A stretch of 64,000 nucleotides of DNA from contig NC_042998.1 of assembly GCF_006345805.1 (NCBI RefSeq), positions 186,310,001 to 186,374,000 of the forward strand, given 5' to 3'. The number at the start of each line of letters is the position of its first letter. Within the stretch, counting starts at the first letter, position 1. The notes under the pieces are model-generated. The model was given only the letters and a program-made list of their open reading frames with translations. It had not been told where the DNA came from and searched no databases. The position numbers and the translations under genes are program-made. Of this stretch, positions 11,701-23,700 are shown in pieces. Source of the DNA: Octopus sinensis. Lineage: Eukaryota.

Positions 11701-14700
11701 GTCCCATTTCTCCTGCCAATCTAGGTCATCTACTTTTTCTTCACTGATTAAGTAAATAAAAATGAGAAGTAATTATAAGAACAATAATGATATGTGTTTG
11801 ACATGAGAGTAAATTTTAAATGAATATGAATGCATTATTTTTAACAAAACGATATATCATGGCTCAGTCTCTACAAGTTAGGTTAGTTCTATCTAAACTC
11901 ACTGCACTAAATCACTAAAGAACTAGTTCACCATTTGGTCATCAATCCAAGCATTGTCACAATCATTATTTCATGCTCTTAGCAAGGCACATTTCTCTCA
12001 TTACCTCACTATATACACTTGTAAAAAGGTATTCCAAATCTGAAGGTGAGTAATTGGTATTAGAAATACTGTAGTCAATACTTCAATCTCTGACTTAGTA
12101 TCATGATTGTCCCAGATTGAAACTGGCACTGGAAGGACCTGCTGCATATACTTGAGAATATTTGGGTGCTCCATGATGATAATCCTAACTTATTCTAGTC
12201 CTCAGTGGCAGCTTTTCTAATATTGGTGAAAAATAAGCCTTTTGTCAGGTGGTTTTCTGTAGACTGAGTTCTCAGTGGTCCATTGCTGCAAAATGCATCT
12301 CTCTCTATTGCAATACCTTTGTGCCATGAAATCAAGATGCTAAAGCAAAGATGGTGTTAATGTGGTCATTGCAATTGATCACAACCTAAATCAATTCATG
12401 TAGAAATTTTCACTGTGAAGAAGTAGGTCACTGACTTTGCTGATTCAGTGACCTACTTCTTCACAGTCTATTATCACTACTGACTGTCCTTCCCAGAGAG
12501 GTAAAATAGCTTGCTGTTACTAGCTTCTACCTTTTGTTGATGATGGGCTCAGATTGTGAGGCTCGGCTTGTCTCAGGGTTTATTGGGCAGAAACAATTTG
12601 TAGTACTTAATTTAAAAAGATGTAATAGCAGTCACTCCATCATGCAATCAGTCTGTTTCTCTTGTCCATCCTAGTTTGGTTTTGTTAATATCTCTATATA
12701 TAGGCGCAGGAGTGGCTGTGTGGTAAGTAGCTTGCTTACCAACCGCATGGTTCTGGGTTCAGTCCCACTGCGTGGCATCTTGGGCAAGTGTCTTCTGCTA
12801 TAGCCCTGGGCCAACCAATGCCTTGTGAGTGGATTTGGTAGACGGAAACTGAAAGAAGCCTGTCGTATATATGTATATATATATATATATGTATGTGTAT
12901 GTGTGTCTGTGTTTGTCCCCCCTAGCATTGCTTGACAACCGATGCTGGTGTGTTTATGTCCCCGTCACTTAGCGGTTCGGCAAAAGAGACCGATAGAATA
13001 AGTACTGGGCTTACAAAGAATAAGTCCCGGGGTCGATTTGCTTGACTAAAGGCGGTGCTCCAGCATGGCCGCAGTCAAATGACTGAAACAAGTAAAAGAG
13101 TAAAAGAGTATATAAGCGGCAAAATGTCTGTCTGTGTGTGTGTCCTGTATACAAATCCACAATTTTTCAGTTAGAGGGATCGCACTTTCTATGGTCATTC
13201 AAAACCATCCAAGGGTGGTTGTGCAATATCTTTACATTTCCCCAGTCACTCCGCAAAGCCATTAAAAATTCAATAGAAGTGACTTTTTTTTGTGAATTTT
13301 CTATCTAAATCCCAATCAAAATGCCTGAAATTTGATACGCCAATTGAATGCCAGCTAGATGTATGTGATTGGTCGGAGATTTGGACAGTACTCACGTGTT
13401 ATGTGTGCACGCATGCAGCTGTATATGCATGCACTAGCACTATAACCCAGCAACGCCAGGTCATAGTGCTAGTCAAATATTAAAACATTAAAATCATAGC
13501 AGTAAATTATAACATAATGATATACTTTCAGAAATCTTTATATACAAGATTGACTAAAGACAAAAGCTCTGAAATATATGTCAAAGTGTTTTATGACAAG
13601 ATGCGGGAAGCAGAAGCTGAAATAAAGAATACTATAATGGTTAATACCAGTGATACATTGAGCTGCAAAAAAATGACGACTAATTCACCTCAGAAAGAAG
13701 TTAATAAAGGTATGGAAGTATTATTAATATATGATATAATTATTGATAATTTAGATAAGCTCTGTGTTTATATGTATGTGTGTACATATAAGTATGTGTG
13801 TGTATATCCTGACACCTCATTACCACTACCTTTTTCTCTCTCTTTCCAGCTAGAGGAGCCATGTATCTCCTCTACAGTAAGACACTGTTCCTATCTCTCT
13901 ATCATACTATTGTGTCTCAACACCTGGTATAAAGTAGATTCCTCCTTCAAATCTGCTGGCAGAATCATTAGCATGCTGGGCAAAGTGCCTAGCAGAATTT
14001 CGTTTGTCTTTACATTCGGAGTTCTAATCCCACCGAGGTTGACTTTGCCTTTCATCCTTTCAGAGTCAATAAAATAAGTACCAGTTTTGTCCTGGGGTCG
14101 ATGTAATCTACTCACCACTTCCCCAACATTGCTGGCCTTGTGCCAAAATTTGAAATAGATATATATCATGTACATACTGGTCATCTCTGTCAAACCAGTG
14201 TCATTCTCCACATTCTCCTCTTCTGCATCATCATCTCATCTGTGACTGCTTTAATTGTCATTCTCATCAATTCTCTATCATCATATCGTCAGCCCCAACA
14301 CCATATCTGCTGCCACTACCTCACTTCTTACTACAAATCCTTCACTTCATTTCAACAATATTAATTCAAAGTTCTATTTCTGAGAAACAAAAGTGAAACA
14401 GAGTAAGAAAGATTTTTTTTCACACTGCCTGAAACTAGATTTATCCAGTTTTCTTTCCTTTCAATATTCTGGAATTTCGTGTCTTTTCTTTTACATTTTC
14501 CACAGTTAGAAGTGTTGATGGTATGTCCATCATCAGTAGTGAAGGAGACAGTTCTTTAAGCCGGGGTGTTGGTCACGCTGAAGAGATTGGATCTGGTGAA
14601 GAGTTTCATTCTAATAAGACAACAAGCTGGGAGGAAACAATGATACAAGATAAAAACAAAGTGTCTCCCCAGATTGCTGTACTCCAACCAATCTTGAGAT

Positions 14701-17700
14701 TTTTACAGCTTCTTTGTGAAAATCACAACCGAGATTTACAGGTAGGTAACCAGTCTGCTAATTAGTTTGACACTGCTTACACTGTGTAACAAAATTTTTT
14801 TTTTTTTTTTTTGTCACCTTTCGGGATTTTACGGGACGGACCACGTCGCCGTATCGAGCGCGGGTATTTCCTATTTGCTTCTATCTAGAAATCAAAGGAA
14901 ATTATTACTATTCCCTTCAGACTTTGCTTTTGTGACCTGGACATCAAATATTTTGAAACTAATCCATTTTCCATTACATTTCAAACAGATTCAGCACCGA
15001 GTGGCTGAAGCAGAAATATCATTATAGCAAATATTATGCTCAATACCACAGATTTTCTTATCAGTGACTTGACCATAACTATTTGAGCATGTCCCTTACT
15101 GGCTGACAACATGTGCATCTCTGATCATGAACAGGAGTAGTGGGAGATCATCATAACCATATGTTGAGAGGGATTCTTTGGAGGTTTGAATATGAGGGAG
15201 TGCCCAAAAGTAACTGGACAAAAGTAACTGTGGGACAAGCCCATTGTAGTTCAGGCTTCTACCACTGGAAGTCACTTGATGCAACCCTCAGGCATCAGTA
15301 TGCTGACCAGTGTTGTTGGGTGAAGTCATACTGCCATGTAGTGCATCTTTGTTTTGCAGTGCTTCTCCCCTATTCGTTGATTTTTGCAATGGCTGAAACG
15401 AAAGAGCAGCATGCTTCTCTCTTTACTCTTTTACTTGTTTCAGTCATTTGACTGTGGCCATGCTGGAGCACCACCTTTAATCGAGCAACTCGACCCGGGA
15501 CTTATTCTTTGTAATCCCAGTACTTATTCTATCAGTCTCTTTTGCTGAACCGCTAAGTGACGGGGACATAAACACACCAGCATCGGTTGTCAAGCAATAC
15601 TAGGGGGACAAACACACACACAATCACACATATATATATACATATATACGACGGGCTTCTTTCAGTTTCCGTCTACCAAATCCACTCACAAGGCATTGGT
15701 CGGCCCGAGACTATAGTAGAAGACATTTGCCCAAGGTGCCACGCAGTGGGACTGAACCCAGAACCATGTGGTTGGTTAGCAAGCTACTTACCACACAGCC
15801 ACTCTTGCTTCTGTGAATTTTTTTTTTTTTTTTGCTGGGTTAAAACAGCAACCAAAATAGTCATCGTGCTTCAAAAAAGCTGACAAAGATGCTGCCATGA
15901 GCAAAACCCAGGTTTACAAGGGGTTTTCACACTTTAGAAATGATCACTTGTTGCTTGAAGACCAACCTCATTCAGAGCAACTGTCGACCTCTCGAATGAA
16001 TGCAAACATCAGGAAAATTCATGAACTGATTGTTCTTGGAGGACCATCATTGAACAATTGACAAACTTGTTGATATGATTGACAAATTTGTTGATAACTT
16101 GTTGATATGAACCAGGAGTTCCTTCCAACGAATTTTGAGTAAGGAATTATGAATGAAATGAGTTGCAGCAAAATTTGTGTCTTGCTTGCTCATGGAAGAT
16201 TAAAAGCAGTCATGACTGAATGCGTGTCAGGAACTAAAAGAACAGTTGGAAGTTGATCCAGACCTTTTTTATGAAGGTCATCACTGGTGACAAAAACTGG
16301 TGCTACAGAATTTGCAGATGTAGAAGAGGTGAAGAAAAAAAAAACAATGGAGGCATTAAAAGGTATCACTTTGCTAGAGTTCCAGGGCAGTTTCAAACAG
16401 TGGAAAATGCATCTGGACTGATGCATTGCTTCAGATGAAGACTACTTTGATGGTGATAAGGGTGTAAACATGTAAAACTAAATGAACAAAATAATCGTGC
16501 AAAATTCCAGTTTCTTTTGGGTACCCCCTTGTAAATGTAACAAAAGCAAAGTTTGGAGGTAATATTAGCCATTTTTCATACTTTCCAGGGGCAAGCAAAT
16601 AGGAAATAGCATTTGCTCCCCAACCTCAAAGAAATTGGGGTTTTTTTTCTGTTTTACTTCTTTGTGATTGTCTTCGTTATAGAAGTTATCTTAAAAGTAC
16701 AGCCTACCAGGAACAGTAGTGTATCAAACTTTGTAGTGTCTAGTTTTGTAACACTAATTTATAGGTCAAAGTAATGCCAGGCTTTTCTTTGAATTGCAAG
16801 TGCCATCAGTATACTTGACTAATTCAGTACCACAGCTTCATAATCACCTGACATAATATTATGTCTGGGATTGCCTAAAGAACTTTTTGGTGGGAACGCT
16901 AGTGTCCCCTAATGCAATGATTAAGTGAAGGTATATGCATACCTTTTTATTTTATGTATTTATATATTTTTTTCTTTTACCATTTTTATTGTTTAATAAA
17001 TTGTGTTCTTTTCCAATAATTTTGCTGTTAAAAATGATTTAAAATAATAAAATATTCAACCAACTATACCTCAACCCTTATTTCTTTTGAAAGAAATTAT
17101 AAATATGTGAAGTATATTTGCCATCTAAATGTGGCTAACCACTAAGGGTGGATGTTACTGTAGCTTGTAGCCCCAGGAGAACATCTTCTCCAGCTGGCTA
17201 TTGACACACTTTCTGTGCCCTATCGGTATTTGCAAAGGGAATCCATCCTTCCCATCGTCGACCTGACGTGTCAATAGCCAGCTGGAGAAGATGTTCTCCT
17301 GGGGCTACAAGCTACAGTAACATCTACCCTTAGTGGTTAGCCATATTTAGATGGCAAATATACTTCACATTGTCATGCAGTTACTGTTTATACCTCATTC
17401 AGAGATTTATTATTGCTAAATTATAAATAATTTCATAAAAATATCAAATTTCTGTCTAATTTATTTTTACTTGTTCCTTCAGAATTACTTAAGGAGTCAG
17501 AACAACAAATCAAACTATAATTTGGTGTGTGAGACCCTACAGTTCCTTGACTGCATCTGTGGAAGCACAACAGGTGGTCTAGGTTTGCTGGGTTTGTATA
17601 TCAACGAACAAAATGTCGATCTCATTAATCAAACTTTGACAACACTAACAGAATATTGTCAAGGACCTTGTCATGAAAACCAGGTAAGCAATTTTTTTTT

Positions 17701-20700
17701 TTCATCTAGTTTCAGCTCATAAGCTGTGGCCATGCTGGGGCACTGCCATTTGGTGTTGCTACATAATTTTACTTCACGAATGCTTTTTAGCAATTGACAT
17801 TTGGTGCATGAGAGAGTTTGATGCAGCTGCCCTCATCTGCACCTCCTGCCACGAAGTTGGTTCATATGGGACACCTGACAGGAAGAGGTCCAGCTTTATT
17901 TTGAAGACACCTACATCCACCTCATGCAGGTCTCTCAGGTCATTTGGGAGGATATTGAAGAGCTGTGGACCTCTGAAGTCGAGGCTATTGCAGTATTTTG
18001 TCATACATCTTGATGGCAAATTTGGAGTCCTTGGCACTATGCAGTGGTGCCCAGTTCTAATACTTGTGTAATTCTCGATGCCAAAGTTTGAGACAAGTCC
18101 TTCCAGGATCTTCCAGATGTATATTATGCATATGTTTCTCGCCTACGCTCCAAGGAATAGAGTCTTAATCTCTTGAGTCTTTCCCAATAGCTTTCATAAT
18201 TTTGTAAAAATAAGTTCCTTCAGATTCATAAGTGGGATACTTCTACAAATTTGAATCATTAGAGGCACAGGGGTGGTTGTATACTTAAAAAGTTTGCTTT
18301 CTAATCACATGGATTTTGGTTTAGTCCCACTACATTGCTCCATGAGCAAGTGTCTTTCACTATAGCCCTAGGTTGACCAAAGCTTTGTAAGTTGATCTGG
18401 TTGATGGACACTGAAAGAAACCTGTTGTGTGTGTGTATATCTTTATCTTGACATCACATGATAGCTATAAGTGAGTTGTCACCATCAAACCTCACAAAAA
18501 CATGTCTGGCCATAGGAAATATTACCTTGCTTGGAAACATGTGAAAGTTGACCACAGGAAAGGCGTCCATCCAATGAAAATCAATGATGATGAAGAAGAG
18601 GAGGAAGAGAGCAGTTTCAAATCTTTTTTGACTTATTTCCTTTTGGATGCCATTCCTATTACTAAATAAATGCTTAATCTTAAACCTGGGTGTAATTCCT
18701 ATTTTCAATTTGATTTTTTTTGTCTATAAGGAAGAGAAGGAAGGACCGTTTCTATATTTACAGGTCTCCCTAGACTGGTGAGAATGATTCAGATGATGTT
18801 CAGCTTGAACTTGCATAGGTTGTTGTGGGTAGTAGAGACTGCTGTGGTTTCAATGATGAAGGATTGGGAAATAGCGTGTAGTGTGGGATTTGGATGGTAA
18901 AACAAATCCCACATGGTGAGAGAATGACAGATGGTGCATTGGATGAGGTCAGTGAAGGTGGTGTGCAGCTAGCTGTTGTGGGGCAACAGCTGTTACTGTT
19001 CTAGTTGTAGTAAAGGAGGAAGAAAGGCCAAAGCAGTGCATTTATGGGAGAGTGGTTGTAGTATGTGTGCTGGTAAGCAGTTAATGTTTCTGATGTATTT
19101 TGGCCTATTTTAGCTGTAGTTTAGGTTTTTGATGTTGTTTAGCATCAGCCCATCTCCAGATGCAGTTGTTCTTATGACTTTGTCATCAGTTACAGGCGTA
19201 GGAGTGGCTGTGTGCTAAGTAGCTTGCCTATTAACCACATGGTTCCGGGTTCAGTTCCACTGTGTGACACCTTGGGCAAGTGTCTTCTACTATAGCCTTG
19301 AGCCGACAAAAGCCTTGTGAGTGGATTTGGTAGACGGAAACTGAAAGAAGCCCGTTGTATATATGTGTGTATATATATATATGTATATATGTATGTGTGA
19401 GTGTGTGTATATGTTTGTGTGTCTGTGTTTGTCCCCCTAACATCGTTTGACAACCAATGCTGGTGTGTTTACGTCTCCGTAACTTAGCGGTTCAGCAAAA
19501 CAGACCGATAGAATAAGTACTAGGCTTACAAAGAATAAGTCCTGGGGTCGGCTTGCTCGACTAATGGTGGTGCTCTAGCATGGCCACAGTCAAATGACTG
19601 AAACTCGTAAAAGAGTTATAACTTACTTTGGGTTTTCAAAAATTACATATCGCATCATATTTTATTATATGCTTAATATTTTTTGCTTTGATTTTTCAGA
19701 ATGCAATCGCTATGCATGAGAGTAATGGAATTGATATAATTATTGCACTACTACTCAATGACATCAATTCCCTTGGCAAACAAGGAATGGGTTTAGTCCT
19801 TCGACTAAAGGTATTTCCAATTTAACCTATGGTTTATTAAGTGCATATTATTAACAATTTCTCATAAATTGTGCAGAATATGATCTACTTTTGACAATAA
19901 CTCTATCAATTTTTCCATTCTTATAGCCATGCATATCTACAATAGAAATAATGAATCAAATTGCTTCAGACATGATTTTTAAATGACATCTAGCATAATT
20001 TTCATCCCTTTTCTTTTTTGTTTTGTTTTCTTTAAAATTGTAACATATGGTTCTCATGATACACTCAGATAACATAAACTATAGACTGTGGTGAGTTGTT
20101 ACTGAGAATAAATTTTATGACTATGGAAGGTTATAAAAGACAGAATTTCCTTTCTCTTATGATTTCTTCCCAACATTATTTAAATGTTCTTTACAGGACA
20201 ATGCTTCTAAATTACTCTTGGCAATCATGGAAAGCCGACATGATAGTGAGAATGCTGAAAGAATTTTGTACAACATGAACCCAAAACAACTTGTAAGTAT
20301 GCTTTAGATATGCTAAACTTATATCACTAATTCTGGAATAATATCTATATTTCTCCTAATTTTGTGGGTATCTATAGCTATGGCTTGCTCTCTCTTCATA
20401 TGTCTAATGAAGGTCTTAATAAGTTTGATATCAGCATTATTTTTGAATTAAGAGATACAATTGCAGAACAAATAAGATACCAACTAAATAAAATTTTCAG
20501 TTGTTCAGTGGAGAAGTTGAGTGGATTTAAGGGCAACACACTTATATCAGTTTCTTCAAAACATTAAAAAGGATTTTTTTCTTATGAATTTAAAATGATT
20601 TTTAAGTATTATTTCATGAATTATTGACACAGATAGGGATGATAAAGATGACAGCAGGGATTTTAGTGGTGGGAGCAGTAACAGCATTGTGTTTGTTTAA

Positions 20701-23700
20701 TTTTTTGTGTTGTAATAAATGTGTGTGACTGAAATTACAATTGTCCTCATTTTTGTATTTCACCTGATTAAAGTGATGAAATAGGTAAATTATTTAAGAC
20801 AGCATCAATTCAAAGCATCAATTTTGAAAAAAATTAAAAACATAAATATTGCAAAAGACAAGGATAAAACTATCATAATATTTATGTAAACTTTCTTAAT
20901 CAATGTTTATTTGTTCCTTAACACAAACATTACAACCATAAATCAATATTTATCAAGATATATTTTTGTCTTTTTAGCTTCCAAATACTAATACTTTATC
21001 TGAATTGAAATTAGATTCTTAGTGGTACTTTGTTCTTCCCAAGCTGGAAATGCTGACTGCCCCACTTATTTTCTTCAATAATAATCATTTAAATATTATG
21101 GATTTTCAGTAGAATATTACATATTTACATAATAGACAAGTTTCCTATCTGGTAAGTTTAATAACAGCATTAAGCTAAATTTAATGCTGAACTTTGAAAG
21201 TATCATAAGGGTCTGTCTGTGACCAAATTCTATATAATTCAGTTTCAGATATTTCTGAATTGTTTCTATCTAAGAAAAAGCTAAAAAAAAAAAAAATTAT
21301 AAAAAGTGATATAGTTTTACATCAATCGGAATGCTGAATTGAAACTACAAAACTTAGGGAAAATATTTCCAAATGCAAAACTTATTTATTAAGGAAATAT
21401 GTTGCTAACCCAGGCTTATTTCTCTTTGTTGTTGTATTTCTGTGGCCTTCATGCATGCTTCTTCTTTCTTCTCAGTTCTTTCTTTATACCGAATTTTTTT
21501 TTTTCCTTTTCACATAACTATTTTGAAAATTTCCACCTCTTTGCTTACACCTATTGGCTGCCATACTGAATAGATTTCTTTCACATGTAAATATTCATAT
21601 CATATTTATCTTTATTTTTCCTTTCTCGCTCTACTTTTGTCATAAGTACTTTTTCAGTTAAATTTTACATTCCCATTAATTTATTTTCCACTTTTTGTCA
21701 ATAAATTATTTCCTTGGTAATCCATACAAAATGAAAGCAAATCTGCTTCTTATGATTTCTCAAGATTGTCCTTAATCCTTTTTTTTTTTTTCATCCCACT
21801 GCCATACATATGGTATCAGTTTGTATCACCCATTTGTTTTCACAGTTTGCCTGTGTCTGCCTTTACATCTTCTCACTAATTGATGTTTGCTGATGCTTCT
21901 CAAAACTGCATTCTTGCAGGTTGCTGCTATTGTTATGGTGTTTAGGCAGGACATCCTGGATGAAAACTCACAAAAACCTGAGGTGCCACTGCTAAAAGAT
22001 TCTTGCCTCAAATTTTATTGTTTGCCAGCTTTTCCATTTTACTTTCTTTGAATGAGTTACTTGTAGAGACTGCATGCTTCTGCTTAAAGTCAAGAACCAT
22101 ATTTTCCTGGTTTCTTTTTTCCGTCAGTGTCTCTTTTACTGCCAAGTTCCAAGTAATCTGATGCTCATTGCTAAATAGATAGTTTGCTTTTATATTGAAA
22201 TCAGAAAAGGTTTAGCAAAATATTTTGTTTTTCAGCTGGTTGTTTTCAACATTTTCTAGACATTTCTATGAATTATACTAGAAATGTTGTTGTTTTCCTT
22301 CTTTTTAACTTTTTTATGTATTTCAATAGAATATATTTTTCAGTTTGTCAATTTTATTTCTTTACAACTACATTATCCTTAATGTCTTGTAGTAGATATT
22401 CTTTAGCAGATCTGATAACACAGTCATTCTGATATTTCTACAGAGATTCACAGGAAATTTTTGTGGCATCAGATCAAGTATTTATAGAAGTCTATCAGTC
22501 ATCTAACATTTTTATCTTTTGCTTTTTTTTAAATCCAGTTTTGAATTTATCTGGATTTAATTTTTTAAAGATCATTTACAAATTACAAATTCAAAGGATT
22601 TGTTTCTATACTGATATGAAACATCATCTTTTATGTTTGCTAAGACTTCTGGAAGATTTATTGGATATATAAATATGGGAGAATAATTTTACCTCTTATA
22701 TTTGGATAAGTCTTTTTTGCAAGATTTGATGCAGTGATGTAGAGAAGATTAATATTCCTCCTGTTTATGTCCAGTAAGTTTTATAGAAGCCTTAAAATAG
22801 GAATGCTGTTAGAATATAGTTTTAAGCACGATTCATTTGGATAACTTTTCTTTTAACTCATTTTAACAAAATTTAGTTTGTAAATAATTGTTGCTTACAG
22901 GAATGAGCATAGAGTTGGCTAGTTGCTTGCTGTCTTGAAAGTTTTAGAAAAATATGCTATGCTTTTAATATCAGTCTATTATGAATTAAACTGCTACAGT
23001 AAATCCTAATATTTCGGAGTTGTACTTGTCTAGCAAGTGAGTCTGTGTTGAAACTGCAGTAAGTACATCATAGAAGAGTCATTTTAACCATTTGATATCA
23101 CACAAAAACTGTTAAATTCACTTTTGATTTACATTTATGAAATGTCAAAATTTTCGTCAAACAACTGTGAAATTTAAAATAATAGTTTTTGTATGTTTTT
23201 AAATGGTCAAAATGACTCTTCCATAATGTAATTATAAAATCCTAAGAGTTCTCTTCAAAAGAAAAGTTTTATCAGATGAAATCAAACTTTTAGGTAGAAC
23301 AAATACCATTGTTAGTTGTTAATTAAATTTTCAAAACAGTATTTGAAGAATTCAAGATTCAATTTAAATTTAATCAGTTTTATTTTTCATGTAACAACAG
23401 TTTATGATTGTTTCTTTTCTTTTCATTTCATTTTACTGTAAGCTAGAAAATCTCCCTAACATGTATTGGTAATAAAACTTTTAAGAGTTTGGCCTACTCA
23501 AGTGTTAAACTAAAGACTACAAATGAAAGTCTTCAGCTTAGTAATCAAAATATTACCAAAATATATATATTTTCTGTTCAGTTGTTACAAAGCTTGTAAG
23601 AGACTACAGTTACTCCCTATTATAAATATTTTAAGTGTAGGATCCATTCAAATGTAACATAAGAATCTTTAAAGAATGGTTTTGTTATATTAGTTTCTTG

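Noticed and set aside
13710-14077. Extension of the 186-aa ORF beyond the exon 3 donor
   Set aside because: Intron read-through into microsatellite and SINE sequence; similarity to ITPR stops at the gtatgg donor.
14506-14509. Alternative acceptor at ttag, 4 nt downstream
   Set aside because: It would shift the frame of the conserved LCENHN exon.
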